A stretch of DNA of 64,000 nt, taken from the IMG/VR virus record IMGVR_UViG_3300045988_131126; one strand, 5' to 3'. How positions within the stretch are numbered: position 1 is the stretch's first letter; every line of letters begins with the position of its first letter. This document shows positions 46,966-56,094 of the stretch, piece by piece. The position numbers and the translations under genes are program-made. Below the pieces are notes generated by a model. That model saw only the letters and a list, made by a program, of their open reading frames with translations, was not told the origin of the DNA and ran no database searches. The stretch is from a virus.

Positions 46966-47712
46966 AAAATATCATATTAGAGTAATAAAATCATTGTAAC
47001 TAAAATATCATATTAGAATAATAAAATTAAAGTAAATTAAATATCAAATTGGCCAAATAAAAATTAAATTAAGCAAAAAGAACATATGGGACATATAAAT
47101 CAAGATATTTAATACATATCAAATTAGAAAAATAAAATTAGAACCATCTAATTTATCATATGAAATAAATAAAATCAAATTGATGAACATATCGTGTATA
47201 ATAAATAATTCAGATTATTTAAAATATCATGTCATCAGAATAGATTCTAGTAAGGAGAAATATCAATATAAGCTAATGAAGTCAGTTTCATTAAATATCA
47301 TGGAAGAAAAATAAAATCATGATGGAGTAAGGATCATGTTATATCAATAAAATTATCTGTATTATATTATCATAAGCTAAAAATAAATCAAAATAGCAAT
47401 ATATCACAGCAAAAAATAAAATTATATCAAATGAAGTATCAAAAATGGACCAATAAAATCGTTATTTTAAAAATATCATATGGAGAAAATAAAATTATGA
47501 AGATAAAAATATCTTATCGAAAAAATAAAATCATAATATAAAAAGTATCATAGAATGAAAATAAAATTATATCAGATGAAACGTCATAATGTATCAATAA
47601 AATTATGAAAATAAAAAATATCATATACCGAAAATAAAATCACTTTATAAAAAATATCATGGCATTTTAATAAAATCATGGAAATTAAAATATCATATAC
47701 ACCAAATAAAAA
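46966..47712. repeat. array of ~21 phased 36-bp bipartite repeats (ATATCAT-N8-AATAAAATCA-N~11)
   Basis: Box 1 runs from 46969 to 47690 in 20 intervals averaging 36 bp. Box 2 lies ~15 bp after each box 1. No ORF >=60 aa on either strand. Hairpins on both sides. Confidence 0.9.
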
Positions 47713-47744
47713 TAAACCTAAGACTTTATCGTCTTAGGTTTATT
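47711..47744. terminator. bidirectional terminator; loop contains the stop codon of 47726..48556
   Basis: 14-bp stem AATAAACCTAAGAC/GTCTTAGGTTTATT flanked by A-run and T-run. Confidence 0.75.
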
Positions 47745-48556
47745 TTTTCTATTTCATTTGCATTTATATATCCTATCACAAAAGTCTGATCATTTAATGA
47801 AGATATTCTGTACTTATTATTTTTTATATTACTGGAGATTGTATACGTTCCAGAAATATTTCTGATTGGAATATTATCTGTGCTTTTCTCATATAAATTA
47901 GCACCTAATACATTTACTTTACTTCCGATATAAATATCTTTAATATTATTAACTTCTTTAATACCCTTAGATACTTTTCTAAGAGTGTCTTTTTCTCCAT
48001 ACACCTTATTACCTTTGCTATCAATAACCATAGTACCAGGATTCTTTTTTGATATATGTATAGCTTCATTTAAATCCATAGTTCTTAATAATGTGGAAGA
48101 ATTACTGAATCTTTTTACAAAGTATATTTCAAATTTTGAATTTCTATCTATATCTATCATATTCTTATTGAACGAGAATAATCTATAAATAAATTCTTTA
48201 TTTATTTCATTTAAATTGTAAGATAAAGCTATATTTAGTATATTTCCGATTGTAGCTTCATCTTCATTATATATCTTTTTCAATGTATTATACTCTGTGA
48301 ACAATTTATCAGAATATAATGTAAATATTGCAGATAGTTTTCTCATTGCATCAGCATACTCGAAATATGTATTTTCCTTCAGAAAAGTATTATATGGATT
48401 CTTATTTTCTATTATAAAGTATTCTCCATATTTCCGAAATTCGTGTATCGCTATAGCGATATATACTGACGGATATACATTAGTTTCTACTGCTACTTTG
48501 ATGGCATCTTCTTTAAGAAGATTTATTAAATCATTAATATTTTTTATTCTGTTCAT
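47726..48556 (-). CDS. endolysin-like protein (GH73 glucosaminidase-like N-terminus, SH3b-like C-terminus)
   Basis: ..YPSVYIAIAIHEFRKYGEY..NKNPYNTF resembles GH73 ..PSVxxAQAILESGWG..NNxFG. The C-terminal region is beta-rich and SH3-like. Adjacent to the holin. Start moved to ATG 48556. Confidence 0.45.
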   Translation of the reverse strand: MNRIKNINDLINLLKEDAIKVAVETNVYPSVYIAIAIHEFRKYGEYFIIENKNPYNTFLKENTYFEYADAMRKLSAIFTLYSDKLFTEYNTLKKIYNEDEATIGNILNIALSYNLNEINKEFIYRLFSFNKNMIDIDRNSKFEIYFVKRFSNSSTLLRTMDLNEAIHISKKNPGTMVIDSKGNKVYGEKDTLRKVSKGIKEVNNIKDIYIGSKVNVLGANLYEKSTDNIPIRNISGTYTISSNIKNNKYRISSLNDQTFVIGYINANEIEKINLRR

Positions 48557-48715
48557 GATGAACAACCCCCTAATTAGTATATATTTCCAATTACTAAAAT
48601 GTAACGTCTAAGATGGTAATATATTATAATAGAGATCAGATATAATAATTTACTATAATTTAACATTATTGTAAAGAACTGATTAATAAAAATAAATTTT
48701 AGGAGGATAAAGTAA

Positions 48716-49510
48716 ATGGCTTTAGGAACTCAAAATAGCTACAATAATAACGGTAGCAACAAAAATCAGAGCAATGTAAATGTATACTCACCTTATAAGA
48801 TGAGCAATACTGAAGGAATTGATCCTTCAGCGATTAATTTTACGTTTTGCTTAAACATGTTAAAGATCGGTATCTCCCCTAAGAAACCGGGAGACCAAAT
48901 TGCTTTCGATCATGAGAAAGCAATTGAGTGTTTTTTGACACATTCAAAAGCTGTTATGCTTATGAATGAAATTAAGGCTTTACTTAATCATGAAATCGAA
49001 GATCATTCAGTTTCTGTACTTACTGGTAAAGATGGCATGATTGAATTTAATGATGGTACATCATTTAATTTAGATCATCCTGTATTAGTATTAAGAAAAC
49101 TTGCTGAAGATGGTAAGCCTGTAAGTAATTATGCTTATGAATTCAAACATGATTATCATTATACAGTAAGAGGTTATAATCCAGAGAATCCGGCTGATTT
49201 TACTAAAAAGATTTACAATCAGTTAGAGATTGATGAATTCCTTACATTACTCGAAGAGTATACGAAAGCTTCTACTGGGGCTTATGCATATTATACTCTC
49301 GAAAATGCTAAATATTCTCAGGCTAGAACTGATGGTAAAATTAATGCAATCATGGAGAAACTTGGAGTCGAGTACGTTAAAGGAGGAAATGGAGGAGGTA
49401 ATTATACAAGATCTAATAATAGCTTCTTCAATAATAATCAAGGTAATACTCCATCATATAGGCAAGGTAGTCTTGATGAGTTTACGGCAATGAATACACC
49501 AGAAGATTAA
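48716..49510 (+). CDS. SSB-like protein (tentative)
   Basis: Globular N-domain, then a G/N-rich linker (GGNGGGNYTRSNNSFFNNNQGN) and an acidic tip ..LDEFTAMNTPED. This is the architecture of ssDNA-binding proteins. Confidence 0.35.
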   Translation: MALGTQNSYNNNGSNKNQSNVNVYSPYKMSNTEGIDPSAINFTFCLNMLKIGISPKKPGDQIAFDHEKAIECFLTHSKAVMLMNEIKALLNHEIEDHSVSVLTGKDGMIEFNDGTSFNLDHPVLVLRKLAEDGKPVSNYAYEFKHDYHYTVRGYNPENPADFTKKIYNQLEIDEFLTLLEEYTKASTGAYAYYTLENAKYSQARTDGKINAIMEKLGVEYVKGGNGGGNYTRSNNSFFNNNQGNTPSYRQGSLDEFTAMNTPED

Positions 49511-49511
49511 C

Positions 49512-49547
49512 TGAAAGGATGAATAGAGTAGATTATTTTTGAATAAT
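49512..49547 (+). terminator. 16-bp hairpin after 48716..49510
   Basis: AATAGAGTAGATTATT-TTTG-AATAATCTACTCTATT followed by TTATTT. Confidence 0.65.
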
Positions 49548-49573
49548 CTACTCTATTTTATTTGGTGAAATAT

Positions 49574-50287
49574 ATGGTAGATGATCATTATTTTCTAGAT
49601 ATTTTAATACCGTTCGATCTGTTAGTGGATACAGATGTAGGTATAGTATCTCTCGTCACAGAGAAATATAATGACACCAGATACTTCAATACTGATCGTA
49701 TGGAGGTGGAAGGTGACGAAGATAATAAAATATATTCATTTCTATTTCAATATAGAAATGAACCTAATCCATTATTTCTGATAACTAAAGTAGATTTACC
49801 ATTAGGAGAAAGAAATATTATAGATAACTTGTATAAAGAGTTAATGGAAAAAGAATATGTAGAAATTCTTAGACATTCTCAAACTACAAGTATCTATGAT
49901 ATATTCAATGTAGGAAATTATGGTGGTAATGGCCCATTTAGGGTCACCGTAGTTTGTAAAAATGATTTAGACGTAGAATATCTACGTCAAATAAATTTTA
50001 AATGTAATACCATTATTTGTAAAGATAATAGTGAATTAACCAAAATTGATATAAATAATTATAATCATATATACGTAAAGCATATAGAAGATGCTTTAGA
50101 TTATAGGTATATGAGTAAAAAGAATATTTATATCGCAAATTATAGATTCAATAATGAATTTGTAGATGATCCAGATACCAAACAAATAGTATCTATTCTT
50201 AAACCAGAAATTGTCGTTGATTTGATCAGTGACAACAAGATAAAAGTGATAGACGTCTATCCTCAACCGGAAGACTTATCAATATAA
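49574..50287 (+). CDS. hypothetical protein
   Basis: First ATG after the terminator; the track TTG start at 49562 is less likely. Confidence 0.5.
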   Translation: MVDDHYFLDILIPFDLLVDTDVGIVSLVTEKYNDTRYFNTDRMEVEGDEDNKIYSFLFQYRNEPNPLFLITKVDLPLGERNIIDNLYKELMEKEYVEILRHSQTTSIYDIFNVGNYGGNGPFRVTVVCKNDLDVEYLRQINFKCNTIICKDNSELTKIDINNYNHIYVKHIEDALDYRYMSKKNIYIANYRFNNEFVDDPDTKQIVSILKPEIVVDLISDNKIKVIDVYPQPEDLSI

Positions 50288-50314
50288 AAATAAATTTTTA
50301 GGAGGAGACACAAT

Positions 50315-52090
50315 ATGTCAACAACAAAAAGCAACATCGTTAAAAAGAAAGCATTAAGAGAAGCACAATTAGATACATTAGAGAAGATTGCTTCAGTAGT
50401 AGGAGAAACAGCAGGCCCAGCAGGATCTTATGTAATGATTCTCAATGAAGCGAGCAACAATGTATTTACAAAAGATGGCCATAAAGTACTGTCTAATATT
50501 AAATTCCTTCAGCCTCTTGAAAGATCTATCATGGAAGAAGTTAATTCTTCTACAGGATATATTGTTAAGACTGTTGGTGATGGAACTACAGCTATGACTA
50601 AAATGGCTTATCAGGTATTCGCCAGATTATGTGAATATGAAGAGCAGCATCCAGAAATTCCGAGACATACAATTATTAATTCTTTTAAAGAAGCAATCAA
50701 AAATGTTCAGGATGCTATTAAGGCAAATAGTAGAGATCTTACATTAGGAGATGTATATAAGATTTGTATGATCGCTACTGATGGTAACAAAGAAGTTTCT
50801 AGTACAATTGCAGATATCTATAATGAATACGATGCAGGTGTATTTATCGAACTTGGTATCTCTAATACAGAAGATCATACTATTGAAGCGTTTGATGGTA
50901 TGACTATCAATAGAGGCTATCCATCTCCAGCATTTATTAATACTGATAGAGGGGTATGCGAAATTAATAATCCAAGGCTGTATTGTTTCACAGACCCAGT
51001 AGATGACGATTTACTTATTCCTTTTGTAGGAAAAATTATATTCGACAATATTACTGGACCTATTACACAGCATAAAGAAATGATTCCTACTGTTATTATG
51101 GCGCCATCTATCTCTAGAGATATGGGTGATACACTTGCTCAGGTAGAACAGTTAATGTATGGATTTAGTGATCCATCTCAGAAACCGCCACTTTGTATTA
51201 TTACAGGTTTCAGTTTAGATCTTCCATTTTATCAAGATCTTATTATGCTCACTGGAGCACCAAGTATTAAGAAATATATTAACAAAGATATCCATGACAA
51301 AGCTGTAGAAAATGGAGATGCTCCATCTATGGAAAATATCTCTGAATTCTATGGTACATGTGAAAGAATCATTTGCGATAATCTTTCTACATCTTTCATC
51401 AATCCTAAAGAATACTACAAGACAGATGAAAATGGTAACTTTATTTTAGATGAAGATGGCAATAAGATCATCGGTGGAAAATACAACGAATTAGTCAATT
51501 GGTTAAAAGCTGAAATTAAGCATTCAGAAGATAACAATGTTGATATCCCTACTGTTAATGGTCTTAAACGTAGATTACATTCATTGGAATCAAACTACGT
51601 TAAATATAGTATTGGTGGTATTGCATCTTCTGATAGAGATGCTGTAAAAGATTTAGCAGAGGATGCAGTTCTTAGTTGTAGATCTGCAGCTAATAACGGG
51701 GTTGGTTATGGAGCTAACTTTGAGGGTCTTATAGCTTCAAGCAAATGTATTTCAAATAGTATAATTGATGGTAAGACTGGTATCGAATTAGATATGTATA
51801 AAATTATATATGGTGCATTCAGAGAAGTCGTATTAACCTTATATAAATCTGTATTAGGAAATGGAGCAGAAGAAGAACTGGAAGCATCAATGAAAATTCA
51901 TTTCCAGCCAATTAACTTAAGAGATCTGGACTATAAAGGTGACGTACTGTGTTCTATTGAAACAGATATTGCTATTCTTGAAGCTATCTCTAGAATTGAG
52001 ACAATGATCTTCAATACAACTCAGTGCTTATTATTCAGACCGACAGATAATGTATATCTGAGCGATGAAGAAATCGACAAAATGAAATAA
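50315..52090 (+). CDS. GroEL-like chaperonin
   Basis: ..VGETAGPAGSYVMI and KTVGDGTTAMTKMAY match GroEL ..VKVTLGPKGRNVVL and AGDGTTTATVLA. ~590 aa. No GroES-like gene adjacent. Confidence 0.7.
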   Translation: MSTTKSNIVKKKALREAQLDTLEKIASVVGETAGPAGSYVMILNEASNNVFTKDGHKVLSNIKFLQPLERSIMEEVNSSTGYIVKTVGDGTTAMTKMAYQVFARLCEYEEQHPEIPRHTIINSFKEAIKNVQDAIKANSRDLTLGDVYKICMIATDGNKEVSSTIADIYNEYDAGVFIELGISNTEDHTIEAFDGMTINRGYPSPAFINTDRGVCEINNPRLYCFTDPVDDDLLIPFVGKIIFDNITGPITQHKEMIPTVIMAPSISRDMGDTLAQVEQLMYGFSDPSQKPPLCIITGFSLDLPFYQDLIMLTGAPSIKKYINKDIHDKAVENGDAPSMENISEFYGTCERIICDNLSTSFINPKEYYKTDENGNFILDEDGNKIIGGKYNELVNWLKAEIKHSEDNNVDIPTVNGLKRRLHSLESNYVKYSIGGIASSDRDAVKDLAEDAVLSCRSAANNGVGYGANFEGLIASSKCISNSIIDGKTGIELDMYKIIYGAFREVVLTLYKSVLGNGAEEELEASMKIHFQPINLRDLDYKGDVLCSIETDIAILEAISRIETMIFNTTQCLLFRPTDNVYLSDEEIDKMK

Positions 52091-52097
52091 TTACATA

Positions 52098-52127
52098 ACC
52101 TAGATAGAGAATATTCTCTATCTAGGT
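52098..52127 (+). terminator. 30-nt perfect palindrome after the chaperonin gene
   Basis: ACCTAGATAGAGAAT/ATTCTCTATCTAGGT followed by ATTTTG. Confidence 0.6.
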
Positions 52128-52152
52128 ATTTTGCTAAAAGGAGACCATAAAA

Positions 52153-52614
52153 ATGAATAAAAAACATAATGGATGGGTTTCTGAAACTAAATACTATCTT
52201 AACGATTTAATATTTATATATACAGATTTAAATACAAATAAGAAAATTCTGTTATTTCCTGGTAAATATGTAGCATTAATATACCCATTCGAGAAAATGT
52301 ACCCAAATATACCGTTTTCATGGTTTTATCCATTCGGAAGTCCTGTCGGATTTTACTGTGGTATTCAATATATGTTAACGTATAATTTACGCGATGATAT
52401 TTATTTTCATTATACAGTAGCGCAAATGCTAAATATCTATCGTCATATTTGTATTGCTAATGCAAATATTCCATATAGATATTTATCGTCAAAATTGGCA
52501 TCGCTGTTCGGAATAAACTCATACGATGTTATACAATGCAGAAGTTTATTCCGGCCATTTACAATTGGCCCAGATATAAATATGGAGATAAAAATAAAAG
52601 GAGGAGCTAAATAA
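52153..52614 (+). CDS. small hypothetical protein, family A (1/2)
   Basis: SD AAAGGAGA. Shares IYFHYTVAQMLNIY with LEYHFTIANMINLL of the next gene. Confidence 0.6.
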   Translation: MNKKHNGWVSETKYYLNDLIFIYTDLNTNKKILLFPGKYVALIYPFEKMYPNIPFSWFYPFGSPVGFYCGIQYMLTYNLRDDIYFHYTVAQMLNIYRHICIANANIPYRYLSSKLASLFGINSYDVIQCRSLFRPFTIGPDINMEIKIKGGAK

Positions 52615-53093
52615 TGAATAGATACAAAATAGAAACAAAGAAAGAATACTATTTATATGATCCAAAAATTACAAGTATAGTTTTTGATAAATTCAATAGA
52701 AATGCACCCTTTTTTATCGATACCGATCCTATTATAATTATAAATCATTATTTGGGTCGCGAAATATATATAGCCGGTAACTATAAAAAATGTTTTAGAG
52801 ATAAATTTTGTGATTCTAGATTATTTTATTTTAGATTGTCTATGTATTGTAGAAGGGTAAATACTTGTGATACATTTATCTTGTATAATAGATATTATCT
52901 AAGTGAGGATTTAGAATACCATTTTACTATAGCAAATATGATAAACTTACTACTGATATATTCAATAGACGAAATGTTTTATGATATGGTAAATTATATA
53001 TACGCTTTGTATTGTCCTTTATCTCCAGATTTGACAAGAGAAGTGCATTATAATTATAAAAATGAAAATCAAAGGAGGATTTATGATGTTTAA
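52614..53093 (+). CDS. small hypothetical protein, family A (2/2)
   Basis: The ATG shares one nt with the upstream TAA. SD AAAGGAGGAG. Confidence 0.6.
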   Translation: MNRYKIETKKEYYLYDPKITSIVFDKFNRNAPFFIDTDPIIIINHYLGREIYIAGNYKKCFRDKFCDSRLFYFRLSMYCRRVNTCDTFILYNRYYLSEDLEYHFTIANMINLLLIYSIDEMFYDMVNYIYALYCPLSPDLTREVHYNYKNENQRRIYDV

Positions 53094-53529
53094 ATTACCA
53101 TCACTTATTAAAAGAAAAAGACACTCAAATTTAGTAAAATTAATAGATATTCCTGCTCGTGATATCAACGATATGGATATTATGACGTATATCATATATC
53201 TTTGGGAATATAAAGATATGCATCATATTGGATATATTATTTCAAAAGCTAACGAAAGACATTGTGATAGATGGGTATTATACGCATATTCTGATAAAAG
53301 AATAACTGAATACTTTAGAGATAGATGCCCTGCTATCGTAGAAGAAGAAATTTTAAGTATTAGTAATAATAGAGATATAACAAACCATTTATCTAAAGCA
53401 GCTACAGGATTATATAACGGAGGTATTCCGATTGTTAAGCCAAAACAGTATTGGGGGGAAGATTGCTTACGCATAGATTGGGATAAAGACGTAAATTACG
53501 CTATTATAAATGACGTAATAAATATGTAA
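53083..53529 (+). CDS. small hypothetical protein
   Basis: AAAGGAGGA precedes ATG 53083/53086. The track start at 53062 precedes the SD. Confidence 0.55.
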   Translation: MMFKLPSLIKRKRHSNLVKLIDIPARDINDMDIMTYIIYLWEYKDMHHIGYIISKANERHCDRWVLYAYSDKRITEYFRDRCPAIVEEEILSISNNRDITNHLSKAATGLYNGGIPIVKPKQYWGEDCLRIDWDKDVNYAIINDVINM

Positions 53530-53557
53530 AGAAACAAATAAGAAGGAGATTATACTT

Positions 53558-54052
53558 ATGGCTATTATTAAAGAATATTATATACTTATTAATCGTAAAA
53601 AAGTTTTTGCACCGTGCAGAACAGAAAGAAATGAAACCATTTCATGGTTTCGATGCAATCAGGCGTATCTTCGAAAACAGTATGGAGATATTTCTAAAGC
53701 AGAATTAATAGAACGAGTAACAACGGTTGAGAGTAGTATTAATATGGATCTTAACCATGTAAAATATATGATAATATGCACTCGTCCAGATACTGACGAA
53801 CGTTATTACATAACCAAAACTAAAAGTGGTATGCCGATTGTAACTGAAAGTTTCGACGATATGGCCGAAGGTGATCTTTTATTTGAAAAAGAATTTTTAG
53901 CTAAAAACTATATCAAAAGACATGAGAAAACTTTAAGAGCTTTATTTAAAGAAGACGTAATAGAAACAATCAAAACTGAACCGGTATCAGAAGCTGTTGT
54001 TATTGCGTGTAGACAGAAGTTAAAAAATAGAAAGGTGGAAGATGTAATATGA
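53558..54052 (+). CDS. small hypothetical protein, family B (1/3)
   Basis: SD GAAGGAGA. Clear similarity to 54522..55010 (..ISWFRCNQ..YGDIS.. / ..ISFFQCNK..YGDLS..; ..CTRPDT.. / ..CTRPKS..). Confidence 0.65.
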   Translation: MAIIKEYYILINRKKVFAPCRTERNETISWFRCNQAYLRKQYGDISKAELIERVTTVESSINMDLNHVKYMIICTRPDTDERYYITKTKSGMPIVTESFDDMAEGDLLFEKEFLAKNYIKRHEKTLRALFKEDVIETIKTEPVSEAVVIACRQKLKNRKVEDVI

Positions 54053-54525
54053 TCGGAGTAGAAACGTTAAATACTAGATATTATTTCGAATTAAATGGAA
54101 AGAAACTTATGCATCGAGTTGCATACGATTTCGATTCAGAAAAGAAAGCGAGTGAATACTTTCTAAAAAATATACAAATGTATAGAAATTTATACGGAGA
54201 AAATGTAAATAATTTTATATTGGTAAGAGAAGAAATAATTGCCATGCGTAAAATGATCAGACGAATGGAACCCGTTAAATATATTATAGGAGTCGATACA
54301 GAAATCGGAGAGCTTTATGTAGGAATGACTACATTAAATGAAACCGAAGTTCCATATCTTTCTCCAATTAAATCAGATATATTAAATACTAACTATTTTA
54401 CTTCAAAAGAATTAGCAGAATCTGTAATAGACGAATATAAAATCGCATTGAAACCTTATTATAAAGAAACTATATTAAATAATCTGAAAGTAATAAAAGT
54501 CGAGGAGGAGGTATATAATATATGA
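54049..54525 (+). CDS. small hypothetical protein, family B (2/3, divergent)
   Basis: ATGA overlap with the upstream stop. Same length class and similar C-terminal ..KVIKVEE. Confidence 0.6.
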   Translation: MIGVETLNTRYYFELNGKKLMHRVAYDFDSEKKASEYFLKNIQMYRNLYGENVNNFILVREEIIAMRKMIRRMEPVKYIIGVDTEIGELYVGMTTLNETEVPYLSPIKSDILNTNYFTSKELAESVIDEYKIALKPYYKETILNNLKVIKVEEEVYNI

Positions 54526-55010
54526 CAAAAATTAATTATTATATTAGCATAAACGGGTATCAAATATCTTGTGGCTGTGGGGACGATAAGAATAAGGCTA
54601 TATCGTTTTTTCAATGTAATAAAGAACAACTTGAAGTCACATACGGAGATTTATCAGGGGCTACATTAGTAAAAGAAATTACAGAAGTACATACTAAAGT
54701 TGAGATGAGACTTGATGAAGTTAGATTTATTTTAACTTGTACTCGACCAAAATCTAGCGGATGGAACTATTATGTATCTAAAACATCAAGCGGATACCCG
54801 ATTATAGTTCTTGGCTATGACGATATGATAAAAGGTGGTCTTTCATTTTATAGCGAGGATTCTGCCAAGTTCTGGATTGAAAACCACAAAGATCAATTAG
54901 AAACTCTGTACAAAAAAGAAGTGATAGATACTATTAAAATAATACCAATATCTTTAGCTGAAATTGTTGCGGCTAAAGAACAAATAAATCAAAGGGAGGG
55001 TTCTAAATGA
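54522..55010 (+). CDS. small hypothetical protein, family B (3/3)
   Basis: ATGA overlap. SD GAGGAGGAGG. Confidence 0.65.
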   Translation: MTKINYYISINGYQISCGCGDDKNKAISFFQCNKEQLEVTYGDLSGATLVKEITEVHTKVEMRLDEVRFILTCTRPKSSGWNYYVSKTSSGYPIIVLGYDDMIKGGLSFYSEDSAKFWIENHKDQLETLYKKEVIDTIKIIPISLAEIVAAKEQINQREGSK

Positions 55011-55783
55011 CATTCGATGAATATATTAATAACCCCATGGGTATTAAATCTGCGGTCATCTCCAACAGAGAGATGTACCGTAAGATGTATACAGAAAAGT
55101 TTGATAAAGTAATGGTAAGAGAAGTTGGTAAAATGGATTATCAATTATCCAAATCAAATTCTAAATACTATTGCTATTTAAAGGTACCGTCAGAGACGGT
55201 ACCTAACTTCTATTACGATGTAGTAATAGAGTTCAGTGAGCCTAAAGATAAAAAGTTTGCTGATGCTTCTTTAAGAAATTATGATGTAAAATTCTTTTCC
55301 AATGATCCGGCATTTGTATTTACTTTCTGCTATGCATTTAGAAAGAATAAAATGTTTATTGATGATTATAAAGAAAAGATGTCTCCAGAAGCATTGGCTC
55401 AGAAACCAGTAGAGAAAAACCCTACTGTAAGTACGGGTTATGTAAAATCATTTTATTTTGCATATTTGATGATGAAAAAGAGAAATCTCTTTAGTAAAAT
55501 TCTTTATGTGAATAAATATAATAAAAGCAATATCTTAAAAGAGATTATGCCTGCAGATAAAAAGATCGAAGCAAGACAGAATGCTGCGGAGGATATGAAA
55601 AATAAAAAACGTATTGCTAAGAATATTGATGATGCTAAACGTAGACAGGCTATGGATAAAGACTTTGCTAAATATATAAAGAAACCATCTGTAGTTATGA
55701 ATACAATTAAAACTAATACAGTTAAGAATACCAGAAAAGTTAATTTTGGCATTAAAACTACTAAAAAGACTAAGAGGAAATAA
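55007..55783 (+). CDS. hypothetical protein with basic C-terminus
   Basis: ATGA overlap. SD AAGGGAGGG. 258 aa. Confidence 0.6.
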   Translation: MTFDEYINNPMGIKSAVISNREMYRKMYTEKFDKVMVREVGKMDYQLSKSNSKYYCYLKVPSETVPNFYYDVVIEFSEPKDKKFADASLRNYDVKFFSNDPAFVFTFCYAFRKNKMFIDDYKEKMSPEALAQKPVEKNPTVSTGYVKSFYFAYLMMKKRNLFSKILYVNKYNKSNILKEIMPADKKIEARQNAAEDMKNKKRIAKNIDDAKRRQAMDKDFAKYIKKPSVVMNTIKTNTVKNTRKVNFGIKTTKKTKRK

Positions 55784-55785
55784 CA

Positions 55786-56094
55786 ATGAGAAAACCAGGA
55801 TATTACACTGAAAAGTATATAATTAGATATAGAACTTTAAACAATGAAAGATTATATCTTTCCAAAGACGGAGAAATTATGGAAGAGCCTCAACTTGATA
55901 GGGTGGCTACTTATTTCGATACATTCGAGATAAATTATGGCGACATTATAAAATTTGGAGAAAAATATAATGAAGAATGTAGATCTGATCCTATAATTAG
56001 TTATGAGATAGCTAAAATGAAAATAGAAGTATATATGTATGGAACTCCAAATAGAGCATTTATATATTTTCCTAATAATAAGGAGGGAAAGTAA
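55786..56094 (+). CDS. small hypothetical protein, family C (1/2)
   Basis: SD AAGAGGAA. ..ISYEIAKMKIEVYMYG compares with ..CSYQIMEAKVELHGH of the next gene. Confidence 0.55.
   Translation: MRKPGYYTEKYIIRYRTLNNERLYLSKDGEIMEEPQLDRVATYFDTFEINYGDIIKFGEKYNEECRSDPIISYEIAKMKIEVYMYGTPNRAFIYFPNNKEGK

Noticed and set aside
46966-47712. CRISPR array interpretation of the 36-bp repeats
   Set aside because: The conserved boxes are only 7-10 nt and degenerate. The variable stretches are 8-13 nt, far too short for spacers. There is no leader or cas context.
52590-53085. Shared peptide ..KIKGG at gene ends and starts as a protein motif
   Set aside because: It is simply the AAAGGAGG SD of the next gene read in frame.
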